A stretch of DNA of 63,305 nt, counting the filler, from Lophium mytilinum (Eukaryota), in assembly GCA_010093605.1 (NCBI GenBank). It is 15 parts of 8 records of this genome, joined end to end, with 100 filler letters (N's around TTAATTAATTAA, not from the genome) between each part and the next. Parts side by side here need not be neighbours in the genome. Positions count along the whole stretch, not along the records: positions 1 to 3,921 come from MU004197.1; positions 4,022 to 5,430 come from MU004197.1; positions 5,531 to 7,152 come from MU004197.1; positions 7,253 to 8,602 come from MU004198.1; positions 8,703 to 32,774 come from MU004201.1; 10 more parts are not named here. One strand, given 5' to 3'. Of the stretch, positions 1-13,700 are shown piece by piece. Within the stretch, counting starts at the first letter, position 1. The number at the start of each line of letters is the position of its first letter. Position numbers and translations under genes: made by a program. The notes under the pieces were generated by a model. That model saw only the letters and a list, made by a program, of their open reading frames with translations, had not been told where the DNA came from and made no database searches.

Positions 1-3000
1 CTTCTATATATATTACTATTACTATATAGATAATACTAATAATACTATTACCTATACTAAAGAATTAGCTCTACCTAATTTTATATATAACTATAACTAT
101 ACTCTAATACTATTAAACTCTATAAACTCTATATAGAGAATAGATATTATAGCTTACCTTACTATATACTATATAGCCGCTATTAAAGGAGACTAGCTTA
201 ATAACTTACCTTAATATATTATAGCTAATCTCGCTAATACCTATAAGAATTTCTTAATCTATTTAAATTACCTCTAGGTTATAGCTATATAAATAAGTAA
301 TATACCCGTCTACCTCTATAAACTAGCTATGCGTAATATTAAGAAGTTTATAGAAGTTAAGTAATACTATACTAAGAAGAAAATATTTACTTAACTTCTC
401 TTTAATCTTTATAAATATATCTAGATCTTTAACTAAGTTAATATAGATAGTTTACTACTATACTAACTAGAAATAGATTATAAAATTAACTAGGTTAACA
501 GCGTTAACCTTACTAAATTACCTAAAGCCCGCCTATACCCTATATTAGCTAATAAACTTTACATTATTAAAAAATAGCTAGATAATAATCTAGCTAAGAG
601 CTATATTAGATAATTATAATTATAAGTCTCTTTATCTATTCTTCTTATTTATAAGCTAGAGGGCGGTGTCTAGTTCTATATTAACTATAGAGCTATTAAC
701 ACCCTTACTATTAAAATATACTACCTAATCCTACTTATCTAGAAAACCCTCTATTAACTAGGTAAAGCTAAATAGTTTACTAAGCTAGATATTATTACTA
801 CCTTTAATAAAGTTTATATAGCCCTAGGCTATAAATATAAAATAGCTTTTATAATATACTATAGTAAATATAAATTACTTATTATACTCTTTAGCGTTAT
901 AGAGGGCCCCGGAACTTTCTAGTTCTTTATTAACTGCACGCTATATAATTTCCTTAATAAATTCTATATAGTATATCTAGATAATATTCTTATTTATATA
1001 GAAGATTTAAAGAAAGATTATAAGGTCTATATAGCTACTATTCTTAAATATTTAGAGGCTATAGGCCTATATATTAACTTATTTAAGTATATATTTAACT
1101 AAAAAGAAGTTACCTACTTAGGCCTAATAATTTCTACTTACGGGATCTATATAGACCTAGAGAAAGTTATAGCTATTCTTAAATAGAATACTCTAATCTA
1201 TATTAAGAATATTTAAGCCTTTATTAGGCTATCTAATTTCTACTAGTAATTTATCTTTAGATTCTTATATATTATTAAACCTCTTACTAATATAATAAAG
1301 CTCTAGAAGAGGTAGAAGAAAGCCCGCTTTTTATAGACTAAGACCTATAATAAGGCCTTCCGCGCGCTTAAGAAAGTATTTATAGAAGCACCCGTCCTTA
1401 TATACTTTTAATATAGTAAGAAGGTTTTTCTTAAAATAAACGCTTCTAATTATATAATAGCTAGCGTTATATTCTAAATTAGACCTAATAGCCTTCTATA
1501 TCTAGTTGCCTTTTTCTCTTCTAAGATATTACTAGCTAAGTATAACTATAAGATCTATAATAAGAAACTCCTTACTATAGTTAAGGCCTTTAAAGAATAG
1601 AGACCTAAGCTTATAAGTACTAACTTTAAAGATTTAACTAATATTCTTATAAATTACTATAACCTTAAATAGTTTATAACTACTAAGAAACTTAATTAAT
1701 ATTAAGCCTATTAGGCTAAATTTCTTACTAGGTTTAACTTTAAGATTATATACCGCCCCGGTGTTCTAGAGGGTAAACCTAATAGCCTTACGCGCTATTT
1801 ATAAGACCTATCTTACGGGCCTAATAATCTATAGAATTAATTTTAATATTAAACTATACTTAAATCTTATAACCTTAGACTAGAAGTTATACTAAGTAGT
1901 AAATTACTCTTACTCTTACTAAATAATACTAAGCTAAGTAAGCCTAGCTTTCTTAGGCTATTTAATACACTTTACCCGTATACTAAACTACTTAAGCCTC
2001 TTCTAATAACCTTACTATAATTCTCTCTCTAAATATATTCTTTCTTTCTCTTACCTTTTTAACTTGCCCCTGCTAGGCTGTGCAGCTATAACTATACTAG
2101 TAATAATAGTAATAGTAATAGAAGTACTAATAAGAACTTTATAGTACTATCTAGTAACGCTAATAAGATTTTTATAGCTCTATTAGCTAATAAGAATATT
2201 ATAGCTACTAATAAGGTTATTACAGTATAGCTAGTTTAAGGTAATAATAATAGTAATAATATTAACTATAATAATAATAATTTATAGCATCTTATTAATA
2301 AAGCCTATATATATCTACCTTATTTTAAGCCTCTATATAACCCTATACTATATAAGCTTATTAACCTTATTTAAAGTAGCGCTTGCTCTATTCTAAAAGC
2401 CTTCTACAACCTTATTAGCAACCTTAATATTAATAGATTTAAAGTATAGAATAACTAGCTATACTACTATAATTATTTATATATTCTAGCCTATAAATAG
2501 CTTTATACTAAGCTACTTAGTCTCTCTTATAATACTTCTATTACTAGCTATTCTAGTAAATATAGCTTCTATAAGCTACTTTAATACTACTACTTCTAGC
2601 CTAACTTCTATAAAGATATTAAGCGTTATATAGGCGCCTGTTATAGCTACCGCTAAGTAAAAGCTTTCTAAGATAAATAGTAAGAACTACTCTATAGCCT
2701 TAATATACTAGATAAGTAATAGACTAAAATTACTATAGATTTTATTACTAACCTTTCTCCCTATATAAGAAATAGATAAATATATATACTTATTCTTATT
2801 ATAGTTAATAGACTATCTAAAGAATACTACTATATTTCTATAATAGGTAATACTATTAAAAATATTACTAATACCTTTATCTATAAAGTATTTTAACTAT
2901 ATAGCTTACTTAAAGTAATTATTAGTAATTATAGCGCCTAATTTATATCTACTATATAGCGTTATCTATATAAATAACTTAGTATTAAGCCTAAGTTTTC

Positions 3001-3921
3001 TACTACTTTCTATTTTAAAACTAATAGCTAGACTAAGAATACTAACTCTATTATAAAAGCCTATCTATAATAGTTTATTTTATACTACTAGAATAACTAG
3101 ATTAACTATTTTCCCCTTAGAGAATTTACTATAAATAACTATAAATTAGCCTTAATAGGCTTTACTCTTTTCTTTACTACTTGCGGCTTCTACCCCTAAT
3201 TAGGTATTAAGCTAGCTATACTAGTTACTAGCTGCGCTATAGCGCGTAATAAATAATTACTTACTAACTAATACGCGGAATAAATAAAGAATATACTTAG
3301 GGAGTACTATTATATAATTACCTAGGCTATAGTAGTATAAGCTTACTTTACTAATTAATATTACTAACCGCCACTATATCTTAAGGTAGATAACCTAGTC
3401 TAGCTTAACGCGCGTAATATTAAGATATAATATTCTAATTACTTACTTAACTATAAGAACCTAGAATTCTTCTATATTACTAAAGTTATTAACTAAGAAT
3501 ATACTTTCTAGCTTAACTTTACTAAAATATTACTTAAGAGGTATTATATATATAATATCTTCTACTTTTACTTTCTTTACCTCTTTAAGCCTAGGCCTAT
3601 ACTAGAATAGAACCTACTACTACCTCTACCTATATAGGTTATTAACCCCTATAGAATAATAAATAATAAGTAAGATTATATTAATATATAGCTAATTAAT
3701 TTTATTATAGATAGCTATTAGCTATAATACGGCTACTATAGGTATAAACTATAATACCGCGCCTAGTATAAAGAATATACTAAGCTATAGATCTAGTAGA
3801 ACTAGACTAACTTTAGTAAGTATAGTTTTAATAAACTTATTAGTAATTTCTATTACTAATACCCTAACGCTAATAGCCCTTATCTAGACTTTAGACCTAA
3901 CTCTAACTAGTAGTAAGTTCT
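1..3921 (+). mobile_element. RIP-inactivated Ty3/Gypsy (chromovirus-type) pol: RT, RNase H, integrase, chromodomain
   Basis: De-RIPed motifs in Gypsy order: PILLxxKxxGGVRFCIDYRAIN (~630-700), YLDDILIY (~974), ETDASD (~1432), YEIYDKELLAIVKAFEEWR (~1547), HHCC region (~2528-2650), MDFIT (~2735), FHPxTDGQTE (~3007), chromodomain-like tail (~3690-3860). Many in-frame TAA/TAG. Confidence 0.93.
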
Positions 3922-4021
3922 NNNNNNNNNNNNNNNNNNNNNNNNNNNNNNNNNNNNNNNNNNNNTTAATTAATTAANNNNNNNNNNNNNNNNNNNNNNN
4001 NNNNNNNNNNNNNNNNNNNNN
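3922..4021. other. Artificial scaffold linker N-TTAATTAATTAA-N (first of 14)
   Basis: The same ~100-nt spacer with six-frame stop codons recurs at 5431, 7153, 8603, 32775, 39239, 41389, 49206, 52350, 55010, 56621, 58366, 60154 and 62101. Confidence 0.97.
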
Positions 4022-5430
4022 ATAAAATTATACTACCTACTATATAAAGAAAGCCTAAACGCTAGAATATATATATATATTAATAAGTGCCTAAACCTAG
4101 GCTAATAAACTATAGAGTACTACTTACTAGACCTTATTACTCTCTCTCTCTAGGCTGGGGGAGAGAATATTTAAATCTATAATATCTATAATTTAAAGCT
4201 ATATAGAATTATAGCTATACTACCCTCTATACTATATAAGAAGGTAGAGTATATACTTATAGGTAATATAAACTTATACTACCTATTCTAGGGAGAAATA
4301 TAGGTAGTTAGCGCGGAAGAGTAAGCTAAGAAGCTTATTTATATTATAATAGAAGTAGGCCTAACTCTAGCTATAAAGAAGGGCATAGAAATATAAATAA
4401 GAGAAATATAGTAGACTATAATTAACCTTATATTTATATTTAAATAGCTAATAAAATATATAATATTCTATATAGTTTAAGAGAAGTAGAACTATTACTT
4501 AGACTACTACCCTATATATATAGAATTTAATATTATACTACTACTAGTAACTAAATAGCCCCTATACTAGCTATAGAAGAATATTATATAGAAGAATATA
4601 TAGAAGTACCTTATAGCCTAACTACTTAAGCTAGAAAACTAGAATAACCCCCTAGATAATAAAGAAGAAGAAAACCTAGATAACTTTATACGCATTCTCT
4701 ACTAACTTATTAAAATTACTATTAATACTATAGTGCTAATAGTACAGCCCTTATAATATATATTACTATTCTAGACTAAAAAGTACTTAAAGAAGGTATA
4801 TAAGACTAGGTAAGTATATAGAATATAGTACTTATTATACTCTATAAAGAATTAGATTTTATACTAAATTTAATATAACTATAAAAAAAGAGCTATATAG
4901 AAAGAGAGTACTAAGGTATAGTACTATATAGTAGAGAAGGTAATAAATAACTCTAAAGAGGTATAGAAACTAGCTAAATAGGGCTGCATAGTTAGAAAGA
5001 AATTAAGGCCCCCTTCTTAATTTCCCCCCCTTTCTTAGCTAGGTAACTCTACCCTATATATAGATAATAAGATAAAAGTATATATATTTACTAAATAGTT
5101 CTTTCTACTACTAGTAGAGGCTAACCTATTTAATCTAGAAGGGTTTTAATACCTAGAACTATATACTATGCCTATAGAAGTTATTATAGAAAATATACTT
5201 TTAGTACTAATAGAAATTATACTAGATAAGGCCTCTAGAATTATAGAAATTATAAATAGATTTCTAAAGAAGTATAAGATATAACTAGTACTAGTACTTG
5301 CCCGCTTTTTTATAAAGTATCTATATAGAGGATACTACCTCTACCTCTTTAAAGAATTAATTATAGTAGTTCTATATAAATCCTAGAAAGTATTCTATAT
5401 AATAGTAAAGGCCTATAGGCCTATTATACT
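4022..5430 (+). mobile_element. Tad1-like LINE ORF2 relic: APE endonuclease C-terminal part and start of RT
   Basis: GDxNLHHPxW-like (~4262), TIDLIF (~4416), SDHHPI-like (~4499), KAxGxxGI-like (~5228), VVLxKP..KAYRPIxL (~5365-5430). Near-identical to the reverse complement of ~61210-62100. Confidence 0.85.
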
Positions 5431-5530
5431 NNNNNNNNNNNNNNNNNNNNNNNNNNNNNNNNNNNNNNNNNNNNTTAATTAATTAANNNNNNNNNNNNNN
5501 NNNNNNNNNNNNNNNNNNNNNNNNNNNNNN

Positions 5531-6190
5531 ATAAAGGGCTAGTATACTAGTATATTAAAATAGTATATAGTAATATATAAAGGGAAATCTATACCTACTA
5601 TAGGCTACTTATAAGGCTAAAGTATAGCTCTAGCTACTATAATATACTCTATAACCTTATAGTAAAGGCTATAAAGTTATATACTAGGTATAAAGATAAA
5701 TTAGATAAAGTCTATAAGTGCTTAAGGTAATTTATAATTAAATATAAATATAAAGAAAGGTAGAAAAAGGTATAGAAGTTTTTTTATAAAATAGAATAGC
5801 GCGGGCTACTAACGCCGGCCCTTAATACTAAATAGAGTAAATAATAAAAGACTATATATAAAGAGCTTATAAAGGTTAAAAGTACTATTCTTATAAATCT
5901 ATAAATAGAGTATATAGGGCTTAATAGATACCTATACTATATATAGATACTAGGCTACCTAATACTAGTCTACCCCTATAGATATAGCCTCTAATTACTA
6001 TACTATATAGTAATAAACTATAAGAGGTATATAGAGAGTAAAGGTAAACTATTTAAGAAAGTAAAGACTTAAATATATAAGAAAATATATAAAAGTAAAA
6101 AGAAATCTAAAATAGTAGCTAGGTAGTTTCTATAGAGAATAGATCTACTACTCTACCTCTTAATAGTAAGAGAGATAGAAAGAAAGTAGA
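5531..6190 (+). mobile_element. LINE ORF2 C-terminal fragment (RNase H end and CCHC zinc knuckle)
   Basis: De-RIPed LxTExIGLNxYL...CPCG...HH.V.NC at ~5890-6020, typical of fungal Tad1-clade ORF2 termini. Confidence 0.6.
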
Positions 6191-6210
6191 CCTAGTTCTT
6201 CTACTTAATA

Positions 6211-6340
6211 CTATAGCTCTACTATTATCTATAGCTTTACTATAAATAATAGCCTTACTATTACCTATAGCTTTACTATAACTAATAGCCTTACTATTAC
6301 TAATAGCCTTACTATTACCTATAGCCTTACTATTACCCCC
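6211..6340. repeat. Short degenerate tandem repeat (unit ~ATAGCCTTACTATTACCT)
   Basis: About 7 imperfect 16-19 bp copies visible directly. Confidence 0.75.
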
Positions 6341-8792
6341 TAACTATACTATAGTAGGCCTTAGCGCCCTCTTCTAACTAGTACTTAGTATAAATAGTTA
6401 GCTTTAGGTCTCTACTATATACCCTATAATATATACTTTCTATATACTTTCTATCTTTTATAGCTCTTCTATTTCTAAATAGCCTATCTACTTTATAATA
6501 GTATATATACGCAGCTTTCTCTCTTCTACTATTAGTTAGTTATACTATAAAGGCTTATACTTACTATAAGTAGCTATATACTTTCTACTTATAGACTATA
6601 AACTATATACTCTATACTTTTAGCCCTTCTATAGCTATTAGCTATACTATAGGGGCTTATACTTACTACTATAGCTATAAACTCTATATAGCTACTTATA
6701 GCCCTTCTACTCTTATAGCCTATCTATAAAATAATAGACTACTTATAAACTATATACTTTCTATATACCTCTACTATATACTATCTATATACTATATAGC
6801 TTTTCTATCTCTAATAGCCTATATAGCTACTATTTATTTTATCTTATTATCTTAGATAAAGGCTCTATAAGCGCACTACTTATATACAGGCCCTTATACT
6901 AATTCTATACTAGCCTTATATCTAGATTCTACTTAGCCTAAACCTAGAAGAATAATAATAAACCTTTCTAGATAGATATAGAAAGATGCATCTTAATAGC
7001 TTATTCTATAGTAGTTTTTATAGACCTACTATATATTCTCTATAGTAAAATATAAAGAAGAAGGGCGCCTAATACTAGATATAATAGAGAATAAGGTTTT
7101 TACCTAAATACTATCTAGTAGTAAATAGTTTCCCCTTATAAATTAGCCTAGANNNNNNNNNNNNNNNNNNNNNNNNNNNNNNNNNNNNNNNNNNNNTTAA
7201 TTAATTAANNNNNNNNNNNNNNNNNNNNNNNNNNNNNNNNNNNNNNNNNNNNAGAGATTTAAAGGTGCTATAAATATAAGGGTTATACTTTAAGACTACT
7301 TATAATCTACTCTATATAAAATACCTATATTACCTTTTTAGGCTTAGAATAGACGCTAATTTTATAAGGCGTAAAAAATGCGCTAGTTTAGAGTATTATT
7401 CTAGTGCAATCCTTATCTTAATAGCTTTACTCTAGAATTTCTTACTAAATCTACTCTTTCTAGTAATAGCTATACCTAATTAGTACTAAGTAAGAGTTTC
7501 TATACTATATACCGATTTATCCGCACTCTATACTTAAATAGGTAGTAGATAAGTTTTAACTTTCTTAGCTTAAGAGCTAGATCTTCTAGAAGTAGGGGTT
7601 AGCTTTATAGATTATTAAACATTTATAATCTTAAGGTATCTAGATCTACTCTATTATTAATCTATATTTCTAAGCTTTAGACTTACTCTTAGCTAACGCC
7701 TAATACTAATTTTATTGCCGATTAGAGCTTTCTATCTTAGTAGAATTATTAGATATAAAAGAACTCTAAGATAACTCTTTATTTCTTTATCTAACTCTCT
7801 TCTCTTTCTTCTAATAATAAAAGATAAGAGCTCTTTTACCTCAAGTAATTATTCTAATAATTTCTCGCGCTTTTAGAGTGCAGAAATCTACTATAAAGGG
7901 TGGAAGACCTAAGGGGAGTAAAACTAAACCTAGAGAGTGTAAGTTAAAGAAGTAAGTTTACTATTTTCTATTAACTTTTTTAACTTTCCCTTTAATGCAA
8001 ACCCTTTTATATACTCTCTAGTATACTAATCTTTTTTTTTAGAAGGGTTAAGACGCTGGAAAGGATTTCTATAAATTTAGAAGTTTAATTGCAAATTCTA
8101 GGTAAATACTATACTAGAGAAATTCGCAATTTAGAAGCAAGTAAGTACTTATTTTTTAACCCTTTTTTACCTTTTATATTAGGCTAATTTATACTTTAAT
8201 TAGAGCTTCTAACTGCTGCTACTGCTACTAAAAAACCCCTTACTTCTCTTAAGGAAAAGGAGAAGGCTTCTATTAAAAATAGCTATTCTAGCTCTTTTTT
8301 TCCTTCTAACTCTTCTACTCTCTATTCTACTAAAGATGCTGGCCCTTCTAACTGGTTTTAAGACCCGTAAGTTAATATCTATTACTTATATTTACTAGAA
8401 AGCTTTAAAAGTTAATATTTTACTATAGAAACTATATATAGGTAGATAAAGATATTAGGGGGAGTATTAATTAGGCTAAACTTAACTCGCTTAACTCGCT
8501 TAACTATTCTAAATTCTTAGTTTAAGTGTAATTTAGCTTACTAGTTATTTATAAAAGGAGTAAGGAGTTAATAGTATAGCTATAAAATTAAAAAAAAATT
8601 ATNNNNNNNNNNNNNNNNNNNNNNNNNNNNNNNNNNNNNNNNNNNNTTAATTAATTAANNNNNNNNNNNNNNNNNNNNNNNNNNNNNNNNNNNNNNNNNN
8701 NNAAGTTATATATACTAAACTTACTTAGATAATCTAATAGTTAGATTCTTAAATCCTTAAAATTCCCTAGATAAATCCTTACTATCTCTTAG

Positions 8793-9167
8793 CTACTTCT
8801 TATAGTTAATACTTCCTTTATGTACTTTAGTAAAAAAGAAAGTATTTCCCTTAGGATAGCTAATTATAAGGCAGAAATCTTTAAGCTGGAACTTTCTACC
8901 TAGATTAATAAGGTAGCTAGTAAGACTATCTAGCTTATCCTTATTAACTAGAAACCCTAAGTAGCCTATAGTAATAGGGCTATCTTTTACTTTAATATTA
9001 TAGACTTCTTTTCCTAGGCTAGTAGTAGTAGTAATAGTATAGTCTTTAAGTACTCTAGTTATAAAGAATCTAGCTCTAGAAAGGCTAGAAAACTTATAAT
9101 CTAGATTCTTCTTATAGCCTTTAGTAGAAGATCTAGAAGAATAGCGTTGGGAGTTATAGTAAGGCAT
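8793..9167 (-). CDS. Hypothetical 124-aa basic protein, divergent from the TLH gene
   Basis: Intact ATG-to-stop ORF in the supplied track despite surrounding RIP. No recognisable motif. Confidence 0.35.
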   Translation of the reverse strand: MPYYNSQRYSSRSSTKGYKKNLDYKFSSLSRARFFITRVLKDYTITTTTSLGKEVYNIKVKDSPITIGYLGFLVNKDKLDSLTSYLINLGRKFQLKDFCLIISYPKGNTFFFTKVHKGSINYKK

Positions 9168-9499
9168 AGCTATTTAGTATTATTAGTTAGAATTTATCTT
9201 CTTAGTAGATATAGCTTCTTACCTATAGATTCTACTTTCTATCTAGAATAGAATAGTATAGAGTAGAGTAGATATCTAGAAAGATAATAAGATAGATAGT
9301 AAGTAGAGATAGTATAGTATAGTACTATAGAAGTAGAAAGTAGAGATAGCTAAATAGAATAGAAAAGTAGAAAGATTATATAGCTAGAAAGAGTAAACTA
9401 AGCTAACTATTATAGTATTAGAGTTTTTCTAAGTTTAGAATTAAGTACTTAGTTTAGAAGTTATTAATCTAAATAGAATAGAGTTTAATACTCTAATAT

Positions 9500-10100
9500 A
9501 ATAGCTAAGTAGATTAAAACCCTAATAGCTAGAGTTAAAAACCCTAATACTATAAAACCCTAGTATTTAACCTAAATAGTATAGGGCTTTACTAAAAAGA
9601 AGATTTTTTAATATAGAAACTATAGAATAAGAATCTAAAGTATAGTATTTAACCTAGAGAGTAGGGTTTTTTACTATAGAGCCTAGTTTTTAACCTAGGT
9701 AAACTAAAGTAGGTATAGAGGTTTAATACTAGCTAATAGTATTTAACCTATATAGTATATAGTAAATATAGTTTTTTACTTAAAAGTAGAGTTTTTAACT
9801 AAGATAGACTAGAGTAAGTATAGAGGTTTAATACTAGGTAGTAGTATCTAATCTAGATAGTATATAGTAGATATAGTTTTTAACTATAAAATAGAGTTTT
9901 TAACTACTCTAGTATATAGTAGATATATTAGTTTAATAGTAGCTATAGTATTTAACTAGAGTATTATAGTTATAATAGTATTAAAAACTAGTTTATTAAT
10001 AGTAGTATTAATATATTAATTAAGCTTTAATAGTTTACTATACTTTTTAATATTCTACTTAGGTTATTAACCTAGGTTTTTAACTACTAACTAGATATAC
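9500..10100. repeat. Degenerate tandem repeat block (~105-bp period) with three AAAACCCTA telomere-like motifs
   Basis: GTATAGAGGTTTAATACTAG at ~9713 and ~9818, recurring TAGTATTTAACCTA and GTTTTTAACT, and AAAACCCTA three times at ~9516-9562. Confidence 0.7.
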
Positions 10101-10744
10101 GCTAACTACTAGCTTACTTTAACTTAGGTATAAAATAACCTTCTATCTCCTTCTAATTCTCTTTTCTTTTCTTACCCTTTACTCTACTAGTATTACTTAG
10201 CTACTTATTTAAGCTTATACTATTATCTATCTACTATCCTAAGCTAACGCTAGCTTACTCTTTTATACTTTAACTACCTATCTATCTACTATCTACTACT
10301 ACTTAAACTTCTATTCCTTTTACTTTTAAAGTAAGTAAGTTACTATAATAGATTTTTATTTATACTAACTAGAATATAGCTTTAAAATCTAAACTCTAAA
10401 AAAAACCTTTTAGCTAAGTTCTTTTTATAACGCTTTTATTCTATCTAACGTTCTACTTTTATTCTAACTCTAGTAACTCTTTTTTCTTATCTAACTCTTT
10501 AGCTTAAACTCTCTATCTAGGTAATACCTCTTTTTTATCTAACTTTATAGGGTTTCTATAACGCTTCTATTCTATCTAACTATCTAGCTTTACTTTTTAC
10601 CTTCTAACTCTATTTACTCTATCTATCTATCTAGCTACCTTCTTATACTTTAGTAATTTTTCTATAGTAAGTTATTTCTTTAGATTCTTTCTTATACTCT
10701 TTAGTATTAAGCTAATATATATTTAGAATAGCTAAACCTTTAAA

Positions 10745-13700
10745 ATAGACGCATTACTATCTAATAGTAAAATTAATACTACAGAAGTTATAGACCTAGT
10801 CTATAATTTAGAATATAATCTAGAATATAAGATTATAATCTATAAAAGTTGTAATATAGTTCTAAATCCCTTAGCTAATATTAAAGAACATTTAAACTAT
10901 AAGTATAATATTACTTCTTCTACTACTTCTAATATAGATAATCTATATAAAGACTTAAAAGACTTAGAAATTTCTAATAAAGAGGATATTTCTATACCTC
11001 CTAATTATAGTATTTACTTTGCTAGCCTACCTATAGTAGAAGGATTTAAGTGTACTATTAAAAAGAATAGTAATTTACCCGAATGCGGCTTTCTTACTAG
11101 TAGTGAGAAAGTACTACGTGTACACTTTAATAAAACGCATAATCTTAATAATATCTATAAGAATATAGATTTTAATCTAATAGGAGAGTCTAATATATTA
11201 ATGCAAACATTCTTTACTAATAATAGAAATATTAGATACTTTATTAGTAGTCTATCTAGACTAGTTGCTATAGATCGGCTATTAGAAAGTAATAATACTC
11301 TAGAAGACTCTTCTACTTCTAATAACTTAGATACTATAAGAGAGTATCTAGATGACTATAATAGAGAAGAAGAAGAAAGAAATAGAGATAGTATACTTAA
11401 CTTTAATAATCTAGAAACTAGAGATCTTAATCCTATTTATAAAAAGCTACACTGGCATAAATATCTAGATAGCCTTAATATTCCTAGCTTAATAGAAATA
11501 GTTACTAAGAATATTCCGCCTACTACTAAAGAAGAAGAAGATAAAGATATCTGCTATTTTATCTATAAAGAAGTAATAGAATTATGTAAATACTCTAGTA
11601 CTTTAATAGATAGCTATAGTAGAGAGATTTTATTCCATATTAATATAGAAAATCTAGATTCTAATAGAAAGGCTATACAAGAGTTTAAACCTTTAGAAAA
11701 AAGTTCTGCTAGGCGGTATTATTCTATATTTACTAATTTAATTATCTATCTTATTAAGTTTATAGATAATAAACTAGTAGATAAATATAAATACCCTATT
11801 ATAGAAAAGGGTACTACTAAGCTATTAGTTACTATTAAGGATTACGCTAAATACTATAGAGAAGACCCAACTAATCTAACCCTAAAAAGTAACTTCTATC
11901 TTCTAATACTATATCTACTTCCTAAGTTATTAAAACAATCTACTAAGCAAATTAGATTAGGAGAAGAGTCTATATTTAATAGCCCAGTTATTACTTATCT
12001 AATTATTATTAGCCTAGACCCTAAAGATAATACTCTTAAGGGGTCTAGTTCTATACAGCAGTACTATAGCTATCTTATTTATAATTTTAGACTATTAAGC
12101 TTAGGATACTTCTACTTTAAAGGATTAAAAGAAGAAGTAGAAGGAAACTCCTTTAACTTAGACTTAGCTTTTAATTCTTACTATAGTACTTATTTAACTA
12201 ATAAGTCTAATAACTTCTTTAGCGAGCTTTATACTAGTAGGGCTTTTACTAAAGCTATTACTCTAAGTATACCTGCTAAGAATAGAATAGTAGATATTAA
12301 TCCTAGTACTATTACAGTAGATAATAAAGAAGTATCTATACCTACGCTAGCTAGTTCTTTTAATTCTATTTTAGATGATTTAGAAGATATACTATTTAGG
12401 CAGCTAATAGAAATAACCCCTAGTTTATTAATATTAGATGTAAATCTAATTAAAGATAATATACATAATAAATCCAAAGGATTCTACTTTTATAAACTAA
12501 GTTCTTCTAACTATAATATTAGTAGATTTAAGAATTACTTAGCTACAGTATTACTAGAATAGAATAATAACTTTTCTACTAAGTACTTAGCTAGTTTTAA
12601 TAAACAAACTAAAGAAGTTAAATTTAAGAAAGAAATAGATAACTAGCTTAATTATAGATTAAACTTTATAGACTTATTAAGTTTAGCTATTTACTTATTA
12701 GCTGGTAGCCCTATTAGGGGAACCGAAGTAGAATAGATTAAATACTATAATAGTAATAAATTAGGAGATAGAAATCTCTATATAGATAATACTTTAGGCC
12801 TATTTAGAGTAGAAACTACTTATTCTAAAGGCGGTAGTATTACTAGCTTAGATAATAGTACTATTAGATTTCTAAGCCCTAGGCTTTCTAATATTCTAAA
12901 GATATATCTACTAATAGTAATATCTTTTTATAAGTATATTAGTAATAAACATCTAGGTATACCTAGAATAAGCCCTTACTTATTAGAGCATAATAATATC
13001 CGTATTACTAGTAATAGAATAAGTACTCTTTTAGGTATTAGAACCTTTAAAGATATAGGGGTTTCTATTACTTTAAATCCTTATAGGCAGGTTATTAAGT
13101 ATATTCTTAAAACTAGACTAGGAATAGATTCTAATAATATAGAAGAAGAGGAAGAGCAAATAGAAGATATTACTAGTAACTACTAAACTTTTACTGCAGC
13201 TATAAATTATGGCCAAGAGTATAATCTATTTATTAACTAAAATAGCTTAATAGAAAAGTAATCTATAGATTTTAATACTAAATTCTTTAAGTATTTTAAG
13301 CTAGATAACCTATACTTTAACTATAGTAAACTAAGTACTACTCTTATTATATCTTCTAAGAAAGGTAGAGCTAGGTTAACTAGTAGTATAGATATAGGTT
13401 ATAAGAAAGTAAAACCTACTATATATAATATAGAAGAAGAAGAAGAAGAAGAATTAGAAGAATCTAATATACTATATAATAGCCCTACTCCTATTAATTC
13501 TAGTAGTAATACTAAACCTTTAAACTTAAGCCAGCCTAGTAATAATAAGTAAGCTTATAACTTAAATAGATTAAGCTAATCTAATAGTAGTTTTAGCCTA
13601 GAATCTACTCCTCCTATTTTAAAAAGTAATTCTAGCTCTAGTACTATTCCTTTTAGTAGTTTTAATAAACTTTCTACTAGTAAAAAACTAAAGATAGTAT

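Noticed and set aside
3966..3977. Recurrent TTAATTAATTAA palindrome
   Set aside because: Always embedded in N runs, so it is an assembly linker.
7253..8602. Less RIP-mutated contig with intron-like signals
   Set aside because: No product could be assigned, and linkage to the TLH contig is only through a gap.
11201..12562. 453-aa ORF as a stand-alone functional gene
   Set aside because: It is an internal stretch of the longer TLH frame that ends at a RIP-type stop.
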